A stretch of DNA of 32,000 nucleotides from Acaryochloris marina MBIC11017. Lineage in GTDB: Bacteria > Cyanobacteriota > Cyanobacteriia > Thermosynechococcales > Thermosynechococcaceae. The notes below the pieces were generated by a model. That model saw only the letters and a list, made by a program, of their open reading frames with translations, was not told where the DNA came from and did not search any database. A program made the position numbers and the translations under genes. The stretch covers positions 4,410,001 to 4,442,000 of the forward strand of contig NC_009925.1 of assembly GCF_000018105.1 (NCBI RefSeq). The letters are read 5' to 3'. Of the stretch, positions 9,271-18,203 are shown in pieces (the first letter of the stretch is position 1; every line of letters begins with the position of its first letter).

Positions 9271-9996
9271 GTGCGAAAAATTGCGATCGCAGGCAACTGG
9301 AAAATGCACAAAACTCAGGCAGAGGCCCTGGAGTTTTTGCAAACCTTTCTACCCCTGCTACAAGATACCCCTGAAGATCGAGATGTGATTCTCTGTGCAC
9401 CTTTCACCACATTGACGGCCCTCTCCAAGAACTTACATGGCAGTCGGGTGCAAGTCGGGGCGCAAAATATCCACTGGGAAGATACCGGCGCGTTTACGGG
9501 CGAAATCTCGGGGCCGATGCTGCTGGAAACTGGCGTCCGCTATGTCGTTGTTGGTCACAGTGAACGTCGCCAGTTTTTTGGTGAAACGGATGCTACCGTG
9601 AATCAGCGACTCAAGGCTGCTCAAAACCATCGCCTGACTCCAATTCTCTGTGTCGGTGAATCAAAGGCTCAGCGAGATGCCAATGAGACCGAAACGGTTA
9701 TCTTTGAGCAGCTTGAAAAAGGTCTGGTGGGTGTCGATCAAAAGAACTTAATCATTGCCTACGAACCTATTTGGGCCATCGGCACAGGGGATACCTGTGC
9801 GAGTAGTGAAGCCAATCGAGTCATTGGTTTAATCCGTTCTCGACTAACCAACCACGATGTCACCATTCAATATGGTGGGTCGGTTAAGCCAGATAATGTG
9901 GATGAAATTATGGCCCAGCCAGAAATAGATGGTGCTCTGGTCGGTGGCGCTAGTTTGGCTGGCGACGGTTTCGCGCGGGTTGTTAATTATCAGTAA
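9271..9996 (+). CDS. tpiA: Triosephosphate isomerase
   Basis: 241 aa with a GTG start. Contains GNWKMH, the VGHSERR catalytic region and the [11 protein letters not shown] signature. Confidence 0.95.
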   Translation: MRKIAIAGNWKMHKTQAEALEFLQTFLPLLQDTPEDRDVILCAPFTTLTALSKNLHGSRVQVGAQNIHWEDTGAFTGEISGPMLLETGVRYVVVGHSERRQFFGETDATVNQRLKAAQNHRLTPILCVGESKAQRDANETETVIFEQLEKGLVGVDQKNLIIAYEPIWAIGTGDTCASSEANRVIGLIRSRLTNHDVTIQYGGSVKPDNVDEIMAQPEIDGALVGGASLAGDGFARVVNYQ

Positions 9997-10104
9997 GGAT
10001 CAGGTGTTGGTGAGCATTGTATTGCGTTCCCAATATCTGTAGCAATTGGCTATCTAGGCATCTAAGATACCGGCCATTTGAGTTTGAGTCGCTAGACTAA
10101 GAGT

Positions 10105-10677
10105 ATGGCTAAGAAAACCATCCGAGCGACTCTCCTCAAGCTGGTAGCAGGACTAGCGGTCATCACCGTGCTAACGACCATTGTTATGGGTCCTTCCTTA
10201 ACGGTTCAAGGGGTTCCCATTGGGATTATTTTCAAGTTCTTGCAAGATGGTCAGGCCCGAGAAGCTTATTTCTCTGACGACAAGCAGGGCTTACATACTC
10301 GCCTACAGGAACTGGATGTTGAAGAAGAAATTAAAGCGTTTTACCGACCGCAAATCCCAGATGAGGTCAAATTAGATCAACATATCCACCAGATCTTTTA
10401 TGATACTGCAGGGTATGTGGGCAAAGCCTATCAAGTCAATGCTCAAGGCACTTTAGTATTAATTGATCGCCAGTTTGAGCAATGGTATCCCTTGGCATAT
10501 CAAGCAGGCGTGGTGGTTGATAGTGTCTATAAAGACGATATCCATTATGTGGTGGGGCCAGATGGCATTACTGCCCCTTATAAACAAGTGGCCCAGCTAT
10601 TTCCCATTCCAACCCTCAAAGAATTAATCAAATTGAAATCAAAACAATCCCTTTCGTGGGGGGAAATACCAAGTTAG
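10105..10677 (+). CDS. Hypothetical membrane-anchored protein
   Basis: 190-aa ORF with an N-terminal TM/signal anchor (LLKLVAGLAVITVLTTIVMGP). No recognised motif. Confidence 0.5.
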   Translation: MAKKTIRATLLKLVAGLAVITVLTTIVMGPSLTVQGVPIGIIFKFLQDGQAREAYFSDDKQGLHTRLQELDVEEEIKAFYRPQIPDEVKLDQHIHQIFYDTAGYVGKAYQVNAQGTLVLIDRQFEQWYPLAYQAGVVVDSVYKDDIHYVVGPDGITAPYKQVAQLFPIPTLKELIKLKSKQSLSWGEIPS

Positions 10678-10705
10678 CCGGATGGGTTGGACTAACGGCT
10701 GAGAT

Positions 10706-12469
10706 CTATTGCAGTTGCTCTTCAAGCTTCTGCTTATTCCATAAAGTTTGGTAGAGGCCCGGCTCTTGGACGAGATGATTATGGGTGCCGATTTGGACAA
10801 TTTCGCCTTGATCCATCACTAGGATCTGATCTGCGATCGCAGCTGCTGACAATTGATGAGAAATAAACACCACTGTCTTGCGCTGAGTACCGCTTGATAG
10901 GTTATTCAGGATTTCTGTGGCCGTTTGATTGTCCACACTAGACAGGGCATCATCCAAAATCAGAATAGGAGCATCTACTAACAATGCTCGCGATAGGGCC
11001 GTTCGCTGGCGCTGTCCTCCAGATAACGTAATGCCCCGCTCCCCCACAATCGTCTTATACCGCTGGGGAAAGTTCAAAACCTCATCATGGATTTGTGCTT
11101 GTTTGGCCACATATTCCACCTCGGACGCATCACTGAGGGGATTGCCATAGCGAATGTTGTTTTTGAGACTTGTACTGAAAAGGAAACTATCTTGGGGCAC
11201 ATAGGCAATCGCATTTCGCAGGTCACGCAAATGGACTTGGGTGACATCATGACCATCGACAAAGAGTTGCCCCGCCGAAATATCTAATAGACGAGGTAAG
11301 GCGTTCGCCAGGGTTGATTTTCCTGAGCCCACGGGGCCGACAATGGCGACGGTCTCTCCAGGCTGAATTTGAAAGCTGACCTGTTTTAAAGAAGGAGCAG
11401 CCGCGCCGGGATAGGTAAAGGTTAGATTCTCTGCAGTTAATTTGCCTTGAACATGCTCTTGATCTAACCGTTGGGATTGGTCTGTATTTTGAATATGAGG
11501 TTCTACCCCCAGAATGGTTTCAATGCGGTCGATACTGACTTCTCCCCGTTGGTAAGCGGTAATGGTGAAGCCCAAAAGGGCTGTGGGGAAAATGAGCTGC
11601 TCAACATAGAGCAGCAGGGCGACAAAGTCACCGACGCTAATCCCACCAGATGGAATCGCCCGACTTCCAAACGCCAGAAGCACGAGCAAACTAATACTGG
11701 CCATGCCTCCTAAAACAGGAAATAGAATATTCCGGGTCTTGGCTAGCTTTAGATTGGCAGTTAATAATGCTTGATTCAGATGTTGAAACTCGGACTGTTC
11801 ATTGGTTTCTTGGGCATAAATTTTAATGAGAGAAATTCCACTCATATCTTCCTGAACCAGCTCACTCATATTGGAGAGTGCCTGTTGTACGGCTAATTGC
11901 TCACTGCGTAGACGATGGCTAAAGAATTGCACTAACAGCATGATTAGGGGATACACAGCGATGGCAGTCAGACTCAACACTGGGTCGATTGCCAGCATAA
12001 CTGGCAGCCGTAAGGCATAGGCAAATAAGGTGTTGGCCAAGCTTAGGACCGCGAAGCCCACTAGACGACGAATATTATCCACGTCGCTGGTGGCGCGGTT
12101 GATGAGGTCACCTGCAGTGTTTTCGGCGAAGTAAGATGGCTCCAAAGACAGGAGGTGTTCAAACATTCGCTGTTTGAGATCGAATTCAACTTGCCGACCT
12201 GTCCCAAATAACAAAATCCGGGAGGCCATGCGGAAACACCACATAATTGAGGCTAGCCCGGCAATGACTAAAATGTTGCGAAGGATGGGACCAAAGCTAA
12301 AGGCAATCTCTAAGTCATCAATGGCATTGCGGATCAGCAGGGGTAAGTAGGTCCCTAGGCCATTGACAATAAACAGGGCCAGAATGCCCAAGAAGACACT
12401 CTGCCAATGGGGTTGAAGATATTGAACTAACTTGTGGAGTCGAGAATACTTACCGGTTGTCTTAGCCAT
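10706..12469 (-). CDS. ABC exporter, fused permease/ATP-binding protein (ABCB/MsbA-like)
   Basis: 587 aa. N-terminal six-helix TMD, Walker A GPVGSGKST, signature LSGGQRQR and Walker B ILILDDALS. Confidence 0.9.
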   Translation of the reverse strand: MAKTTGKYSRLHKLVQYLQPHWQSVFLGILALFIVNGLGTYLPLLIRNAIDDLEIAFSFGPILRNILVIAGLASIMWCFRMASRILLFGTGRQVEFDLKQRMFEHLLSLEPSYFAENTAGDLINRATSDVDNIRRLVGFAVLSLANTLFAYALRLPVMLAIDPVLSLTAIAVYPLIMLLVQFFSHRLRSEQLAVQQALSNMSELVQEDMSGISLIKIYAQETNEQSEFQHLNQALLTANLKLAKTRNILFPVLGGMASISLLVLLAFGSRAIPSGGISVGDFVALLLYVEQLIFPTALLGFTITAYQRGEVSIDRIETILGVEPHIQNTDQSQRLDQEHVQGKLTAENLTFTYPGAAAPSLKQVSFQIQPGETVAIVGPVGSGKSTLANALPRLLDISAGQLFVDGHDVTQVHLRDLRNAIAYVPQDSFLFSTSLKNNIRYGNPLSDASEVEYVAKQAQIHDEVLNFPQRYKTIVGERGITLSGGQRQRTALSRALLVDAPILILDDALSSVDNQTATEILNNLSSGTQRKTVVFISHQLSAAAIADQILVMDQGEIVQIGTHNHLVQEPGLYQTLWNKQKLEEQLQ

Positions 12470-12833
12470 TGCTTCAGTCTAACCTTGCCGGTCTTTTACT
12501 TCACAAAAGACCGGCTATTTCCGAGTATGGAGGACGTCTCTGGGGATGGGATCCTTAGGATTGAATATTCCCTAAGAAGAAGTGCATACTGAATCAAGTT
12601 TGAGACAAGACGGAACTGGGTACTCATTAGAGTAGTCATTAAATCGAAGGTCTGGCTCAAAGTCATCCAAAAAAGGTTGTATTTGTGTTATTTGGTCAGC
12701 AATTGGGCTGACCAATATTGACAGATGCTAGGCATGACGCTATAAGAGAGTTCATGTTTTCTTTATTGTTATTGTTCGTTATTAGGCCATTGCCGGTTGG
12801 GCAAGTTGGGGTCATTTGCAAAGGAGTTCCGCA

Positions 12834-13436
12834 ATGAAACGCAACCGCTGGTTATTCGCCGTTGGTGCAAGTGTCGTTGGATTAAATGTATTAGCAGCCA
12901 TGGGGCCAAAAGCTGTAGGTAATCAGCCCCCTCAAGTTGCAGTGGGTACTTCTATCTGGCGCAATGGCTCTTTTCCGGTGGAAAATTTCCAGGGATATAC
13001 ATCTCCATTTGGCTATCGCTCATCGCCAACGGGCGGTTATTCAACAGAATTTCATACCGGCCTTGATTTTGCAGCGCCCAATGGTAGCTATATTCGTAAC
13101 TGGTGGTCTGGACGAGTGATCAGAGTGTCAGACAATACGGCTTGTGGCACTTCTGTTCGTGTGCAGTCTGGCTCTTGGGTCCATGTCTATTGCCATATGA
13201 AAGGCTATGTTGCCAGAGATAGCAGAGGCCCTTATGTCGTTGATGGTGGATTGCGGATTCGCCAAGGACAAACGGTAAAAGCTGGCCAACGCATTGGTCG
13301 GGTTGGTATGACCGGACGGACGACGGGTCCCCACCTTCACTGGACGCTCAAATACCAAGGCAAGCTTGTGGATCCAGCTGCCGTACTTCGAGCGATGCAT
13401 CGTGCTCAGCGAGGCTCTATTAGTCAAAAGCTGTAG
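12834..13436 (+). CDS. Secreted M23-family metallopeptidase
   Basis: Start moved to the ATG at 12834, which is preceded by AAGGAG. Signal peptide MKRNRWLFAVGASVVGLNVLAA. Zinc-ligand motifs HTGLDFAAP (HxxxD) and GPHLHW (HxH). Confidence 0.85.
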   Translation: MKRNRWLFAVGASVVGLNVLAAMGPKAVGNQPPQVAVGTSIWRNGSFPVENFQGYTSPFGYRSSPTGGYSTEFHTGLDFAAPNGSYIRNWWSGRVIRVSDNTACGTSVRVQSGSWVHVYCHMKGYVARDSRGPYVVDGGLRIRQGQTVKAGQRIGRVGMTGRTTGPHLHWTLKYQGKLVDPAAVLRAMHRAQRGSISQKL

Positions 13437-13481
13437 TAAGCAGCCCGCTTAGCATAAGCGAGGTTCTAAACCGACTGAATC

Positions 13482-13514
13482 AATAACCCAGCAGAACCAC
13501 TCTGCTGGGTTATT
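13482..13514. terminator. Bidirectional rho-independent terminator between convergent genes
   Basis: AATAACCCAGCAGA (13482-13495) and TCTGCTGGGTTATT (13501-13514) form a perfect 14-bp stem with a 5-nt loop. A T-rich run (TGTCTATTTTTCT) follows on the + strand. The element sits between the M23 gene (+) and the 13518-13778 gene (-). Confidence 0.65.
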
Positions 13515-13517
13515 TGT

Positions 13518-13778
13518 CTATTTTTCTAAACGAACAACATACCACTGCAGAAATTCACCTGGCCCTAAATCAAGCTCACATCCAGTCGAAGCCAGATGCT
13601 TTGCTTGTTCAGGAACGCCTGAAATGTTTTGCAGATCTTGAGGAAGGTCCGCTTGCTGAGTGGACAAAACGGACTCTAGTTTGGCGAGTAATTCTGCCGC
13701 TGTTAAAAACTGTTCTGGCTGATTGGTTTCCAGAACGACGTACATATCATCATCGCCATACATGATGGGATCAGGCAT
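13518..13778 (-). CDS. Small conserved cyanobacterial protein, CRR7-like (chlororespiratory reduction 7/DUF3571-like)
   Basis: 86 aa. MYGDDDMYVVLETNQPEQFLTAAELLAKL ... CELDLGPGEFLQWYVVRLEK resembles, from memory, the CRR7 family. It lies 5 nt downstream of the ycf37-like gene on the same strand. Confidence 0.5.
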   Translation of the reverse strand: MPDPIMYGDDDMYVVLETNQPEQFLTAAELLAKLESVLSTQQADLPQDLQNISGVPEQAKHLASTGCELDLGPGEFLQWYVVRLEK

Positions 13779-13783
13779 TAGGC

Positions 13784-14368
13784 TTATCCCGAAACCGCAA
13801 CTTGCTTGCGAAGCGATCGAGAACGGCGCTTGGCTGTATCGTTCTTCGGATCTTGGGACAATACCTCATCATAAGTATCTAGGGCTTGGCGCATCAGCTT
13901 TTTGCGCTCATAGGCATGGGCTAGATTATTCATGGCCACTAGATAATCCGCTTTACACTTCAGCGCTTCTTTATAGTTCCGAATGGCTAAATCAAACTGT
14001 TCTTGGCCGAAGTAGGCATAGCCCAGAGCGTTATATAACGGAGCTAAGGGTTCTATGATAGGGGAGTTGTCTGTTGTCTCAGCATCGTCTTCCTCTGAAG
14101 GAATAGCGCCAAGCTCATCTTCAGCTGCCTTCAGTGCCTTTTTGAGTTGAGTAACCGCTTGGACGAAAAGTTTTTTCTGTAAATAGATACTGCCTAGCTC
14201 GAAATATTCTTCGACTGTACCAATATCTTTTTTAAATTTGGTTTCGAGCTTGGAAATGGTGAGTTCATTCTTGCGTGTTCTGAGGACTTGGCGGAACACA
14301 AACCACCCTGCGAAGCAGAGTAAGACCAAGAAAAGTGTCAAATAGAGGGTTGCTAAAGAATTATCCAT
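13784..14368 (-). CDS. ycf37: TPR-repeat membrane-anchored protein, Ycf37-like (photosystem I assembly/stability factor)
   Basis: 194 aa. N-terminal TM (LYLTLFLVLLCFAGWFVF) followed by TPR units. YFELGSIYLQKKLFVQAVTQLKKALK and LYNALGYAYFGQEQFDLAIRNYKEALK match the Ycf37 architecture. Confidence 0.65.
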   Translation of the reverse strand: MDNSLATLYLTLFLVLLCFAGWFVFRQVLRTRKNELTISKLETKFKKDIGTVEEYFELGSIYLQKKLFVQAVTQLKKALKAAEDELGAIPSEEDDAETTDNSPIIEPLAPLYNALGYAYFGQEQFDLAIRNYKEALKCKADYLVAMNNLAHAYERKKLMRQALDTYDEVLSQDPKNDTAKRRSRSLRKQVAVSG

Positions 14369-14630
14369 TGTCGTTTGATTTCAACAGTTCCTTGATACAG
14401 TCTTGATATCTTTCCAGACTATCAAACTCATCAATTATCTTGTACCTGTGGAGGGAGTGAGGTAGATAGGGATAGGTGAGTGGAGCTATGGTGCCTCAAA
14501 ATAATGCCAGGTCTGTATTTTTACAAGGTTACATCAGCTCTGTGAAGTGTAGATGTGAGCATCATGAGAGCCACATTTTGTAACATCGACGAAGGAGTGA
14601 GGCTGTAATGGCCCCAAGATTCATTCGAGG

Positions 14631-14924
14631 CTATAAACCTAGTTCTGTTAAGTGCGTCAGAAAGTCTTCCCAAGACAGATCCTGCTGTAAATATTGTGGG
14701 TTAGCTGGATCGTAGGGACCTTGTAGTCGGTCAATCGAGAGAATATTGGCATCCTCAGGCAAGATAGGGATATCAATATCAAATGCAGTGGGTCGCATCA
14801 GTGAACTGGAAAAGCCCCTAAAAATGGCAATCTCATCGGGTTCACCGGCAACTTCAGCTTTGACAATCAATACTTCTTGAGGATATTGAAGGGTATATTG
14901 TTCTAACCTATCCCCGATAGTCAT
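14631..14924 (-). CDS. Conserved hypothetical protein (97 aa)
   Basis: Clean ORF with an ATG start and an acidic soluble sequence. Family not recognised with confidence. Confidence 0.5.
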   Translation of the reverse strand: MTIGDRLEQYTLQYPQEVLIVKAEVAGEPDEIAIFRGFSSSLMRPTAFDIDIPILPEDANILSIDRLQGPYDPANPQYLQQDLSWEDFLTHLTELGL

Positions 14925-14944
14925 AGCTTCGCTTCAGAATGCAA

Positions 14945-15535
14945 TTAATAACCTGTAGCGGAACGACCCTGTTTGGACAGGCGGAAGAGCAAAAAATAGC
15001 CGAAATAAAAACTGTATAGAATTAACGCGAGGGTCGCTAAGATATTAATCCGGCTGACACCAGAGCTAGCATGGACAATCGATGAGAATCCATAGGCAGG
15101 CTCTAGCCAAACTTGGCATTGTTCGGTTTCGATCGCAGTTTTGGAACCTGCACAGCCTAGAGATGGCGATAATGCTGCTGCAGAGATCAGGCAAAATAGG
15201 GTGGTTGCCCAGCGCCATGAGGTCAGGGCTAGCTTTAACTTGCCTCGACGGTCATCAATTTCTTCATTCAGATCTACCCAAAACCAGAGACTGGCTGGAA
15301 CCAACAGCAAGGCTAGAAAAAGCGTCACAAAACTGAGAGGGACTTGGGCCATCATTAAATACATGGTGATGAGTAATAAACTGGCAACTCGCCAGTAGAT
15401 GACCAAAAGCCGGCTAATGGGTTGGGCATTTTCAATAATGGCCCACACCAGTAAACCAAAAGGGAAAAACACTAAAAAGACGAGCGCCAGCCGGCAATCT
15501 GTCCATACTAGCGTTCGTAACATTTCAATGGACAT
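14945..15535 (-). CDS. Integral membrane protein of unknown function (possibly DUF3177-like)
   Basis: 196 aa with about 5-6 hydrophobic helices. It lies 20 nt upstream of the 14631-14924 gene on the same strand. Confidence 0.55.
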   Translation of the reverse strand: MSIEMLRTLVWTDCRLALVFLVFFPFGLLVWAIIENAQPISRLLVIYWRVASLLLITMYLMMAQVPLSFVTLFLALLLVPASLWFWVDLNEEIDDRRGKLKLALTSWRWATTLFCLISAAALSPSLGCAGSKTAIETEQCQVWLEPAYGFSSIVHASSGVSRINILATLALILYSFYFGYFLLFRLSKQGRSATGY

Positions 15536-15613
15536 AAATTTCTCAAACGTTGGTTCAGCATATCTACTCTACCCAGAATTGGCCCCTTAAAAGTCAATCT
15601 GCAGTGGGGACTT

Positions 15614-16039
15614 CTAGGATGAGGCGGCGGGTTGGTAGGTCCACAGTTCTTCGATTTGCTCTTCGATTTCAGTGGTGAGGGAGGTGAAAAATACACCTTC
15701 CTCGGCATCAGGATGGTGGGTCAACCAAACACCTCGCATAATGACTTCGATATCATGGCTGATGAAATCTGAAGGTGCTATTGATTCTAAAGATAAATCT
15801 GAGAGGGACTCTTGGGTGCTTAGAGAAACTGCATCACAATTCCCTTGAGTCAGTTCAAAAGCCAACGCTCGAACCTCGGGAATCTCAGAAGGCACAATCA
15901 AAGAGACAAAGCTAGGTTCCATATGGATGGGCTGAGCAGATCGCATGGCTAGGACAACGCGTCGATTGATCACGTCTTCAATTGGATCAGCAACGGACTC
16001 TAAAACAGTGCCTTGCTTGCCATAGTTAAATTTCAACAT
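15614..16039 (-). CDS. Hypothetical acidic protein (141 aa)
   Basis: ORF with an ATG start. No recognisable motif. Confidence 0.45.
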   Translation of the reverse strand: MLKFNYGKQGTVLESVADPIEDVINRRVVLAMRSAQPIHMEPSFVSLIVPSEIPEVRALAFELTQGNCDAVSLSTQESLSDLSLESIAPSDFISHDIEVIMRGVWLTHHPDAEEGVFFTSLTTEIEEQIEELWTYQPAASS

Positions 16040-16254
16040 GCCCTATAGCCCCCGCTAAATGGATAATCCAACTCCCTGAAACTGATCGAAAACTGACTAT
16101 TATTAGGGCTGACCCTAAACTTTTAACTTTATTAAACTCAGCATATAGATGCTTTTGACATTCACTTGTAGCCTAATGCGGTAATCAGGTCAAATATACT
16201 ACAATCGTAGTACAATTTGTCTACGTTGTTTAGCTTTATTTTGAGGAACTGTAA

Positions 16255-16590
16255 ATGTCTGTCACTCATTCCGTCCCTACCACTGAGATGCAAGTCACCA
16301 GTATTCGGTTGGAGCGAGAATTGAAGGATAAACTAAAGAACCTCTCTGGCCATCAGGGCTATCAGGCACTGATTCGCGACATTCTTTGGAACTATGTTCA
16401 GCAAAAGTCGGGGGACTTTACCCCGACCGTTGAGCGATCGCAAATTTCTGCATCATTTCCTGCTACAGCTCAAGCAGACACCCGTTGCGCCTTAACGGGT
16501 AAAGCGATTCGCTCTCAAGAGCCGATTCAACTGGGATTAACAACAGAAGGAGTACTGATTCCCCTCAGCTCAGGGAGTTTGTCGGCATAA
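16255..16590 (+). CDS. Ribbon-helix-helix (CopG/BrnA-antitoxin-like) domain protein with a C-terminal extension
   Basis: 111 aa. TSIRLERELKDKLKNLSGHQGYQALIRDILWNYV resembles BrnA/CopG-type RHH antitoxin domains. No partner toxin ORF is adjacent. Confidence 0.45.
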   Translation: MSVTHSVPTTEMQVTSIRLERELKDKLKNLSGHQGYQALIRDILWNYVQQKSGDFTPTVERSQISASFPATAQADTRCALTGKAIRSQEPIQLGLTTEGVLIPLSSGSLSA

Positions 16591-16798
16591 GTTGGGATTA
16601 AAGAATTGAGGTCGCAATGGGCCTGAGTTCGATTGCGGTCACTCTAAATAAACTCTGGATATTCTGACGATTTATAAACTAAACGCACAGAATAGGGGGA
16701 CTATCTGGGCATGCTGGGGATATAAAGCAACTTTTCCAAAGTGTGCACGTCTACCCAACTCAAATGACGCCCTAGACGTGGGCGTTGAGGTGCAAGTT

Positions 16799-17299
16799 AT
16801 GAAGAATCCTAGAAAAGGGTGGCAATGGGGGCGGTGGCAGATTCCTATGACCGCTTTATTGCTGATGGTAGGACTGTTTGGCAGAGGGCCTGATGTGAAA
16901 GCTAATCCTGCTAATTTTGCTAGTCTCAGCTTATCGCCTGGATTCAGTTCTAAAACTGTAAAAGGTTATGCCAAAGGGGCAATCGCGCTTCATCGAGTTG
17001 TGGGAGAGCGAGATATGCAGAGAAATATGTGCTTAGGGTATGGTTCTCCGAGTCCAGATCATGTGTTGGTATTGAAGAAAAACGTCAACAAGCTGCGTTT
17101 GCAGGTCAATAGCAGCCGGGATACCACCCTACTGATCAAAGGACCCCGAAATCGTCTTTATTGCTTGGATGACTCAGCTAAAGGGAAAGATGCAGGTTGG
17201 CTTGCGAACCAACTTCCAGCTGGTAGGTATTCCATTTGGGTGGGGACATTTGAAAGAGGGCAACAATTTCGCTATACCGTCACCGTTGATGAACTTTAA
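16799..17299 (+). CDS. Secreted protein of unknown function (cyanobacterial pre-peptidase-C-terminal-like beta domain)
   Basis: Start moved to the in-frame ATG at 16799. Signal peptide MKNPRKGWQWGRWQIPMTALLLMVGLFG. The pattern FASLSLSPGF...CLGYGSPSPDHVLVL...DTTLLIKGP...YCLDDS...AGRYSIWVGTFE recurs in cyanobacterial secreted domains. Confidence 0.55.
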   Translation: MKNPRKGWQWGRWQIPMTALLLMVGLFGRGPDVKANPANFASLSLSPGFSSKTVKGYAKGAIALHRVVGERDMQRNMCLGYGSPSPDHVLVLKKNVNKLRLQVNSSRDTTLLIKGPRNRLYCLDDSAKGKDAGWLANQLPAGRYSIWVGTFERGQQFRYTVTVDEL

Positions 17300-17310
17300 G
17301 GGAGCGTGAA

Positions 17311-17835
17311 TTAAGGCTTGCCCCCGTAATTTTGAAATGCTTTAAGAAACTCTTCTGACCCATGGGCTGGGTGAAAATACAGTGCACCTTTATACCGTTC
17401 GTTTTTGTATCGGTATTTTTTGATGCGGATAATGACCGCAGGAGAAATCTTGTCTAATTTGGCACCGATTACATATGCCCAAGGAATCAATAGTTCAATG
17501 GATTCACCTTGATGATCGCTGCCCTGACCCTGTAAATAGGGGAAAATGAATATACCAAAGGGTGACAGAGTGAGCCAGTTAGGGATCTCAGGCCAGACCG
17601 CTTTTAGCAGCATTGCCCCGAAAATAGCCACAAAGAGCAGAATGAATAATAGAGAACTGCTAACCTGTGGTGTATGTTTGAATCCCCGAATGTTGAGACC
17701 ATCGGATGTGAATTCACATTTTCCCGATCCAGTGATTTTGATTGGTATTTCGTCGGTCCCAATCACAGGGGGGGAAAGGTTCCTGCAAATACAGTCATTG
17801 ATGCTCCTCAGATATTTTAGATGGCAGCGTCTCAA
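17311..17835 (-). CDS. Hypothetical membrane protein (two central TM helices)
   Basis: 174-aa ORF with a hydrophobic core (LLFILLFVAIFGAMLLKAVW, WLTLSPFGIFIFPYL). The start codon is uncertain. Confidence 0.4.
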   Translation of the reverse strand: MRRCHLKYLRSINDCICRNLSPPVIGTDEIPIKITGSGKCEFTSDGLNIRGFKHTPQVSSSLLFILLFVAIFGAMLLKAVWPEIPNWLTLSPFGIFIFPYLQGQGSDHQGESIELLIPWAYVIGAKLDKISPAVIIRIKKYRYKNERYKGALYFHPAHGSEEFLKAFQNYGGKP

Positions 17836-17859
17836 TACAAAGATGCTGGGGGAATCGAT

Positions 17860-18102
17860 TCATTCCGTGATGACATCTGTGAAGTAGTAATCACCGTCCT
17901 GTTGGTGCTGACATTGGTTGCTGCCATCCTTAGAATCGTTGCGGCCAGGGATAGATATGCATGACCTCAAGCATGAATCACCGTAGATCTTGAACTTTGG
18001 ATTTGCTAAGAGCTTTACTGAAGGCGGTTGGGGGAGAAGTTGGGCCAAATCTATGAGGTAAGTAATATTCTTTTTTTGCATGAAATCTATGTAGTTACTC
18101 AA
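17860..18102 (-). CDS. Possible small hypothetical protein (80 aa)
   Basis: ORF only. No motif and no obvious RBS assessed. Confidence 0.2.
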   Translation of the reverse strand: MSNYIDFMQKKNITYLIDLAQLLPQPPSVKLLANPKFKIYGDSCLRSCISIPGRNDSKDGSNQCQHQQDGDYYFTDVITE

Positions 18103-18203
18103 TAACCTATGCGTTTACCCTGCCTAATTTGATACATCCACTACATTTTCTACAGACCGATTCAGACTAAATGGGGACAGGTTCTCGATGATTTGAGGTC
18201 TGA

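Noticed and set aside
13514-14058. + strand ORFs 13514-13765 and 13723-14058 mirror the CRR7-like and ycf37-like genes.
   Set aside because: They are antisense to ORFs with recognisable conserved sequence and sit between convergent terminator and gene structure, so they are shadow ORFs.
17311-18102. The 80-aa and 174-aa minus-strand ORFs might be one frameshifted gene (a pseudogene).
   Set aside because: There is no sequence continuity or shared domain across the 24-nt gap to support a disrupted single gene. Both are kept as separate low-confidence ORFs.
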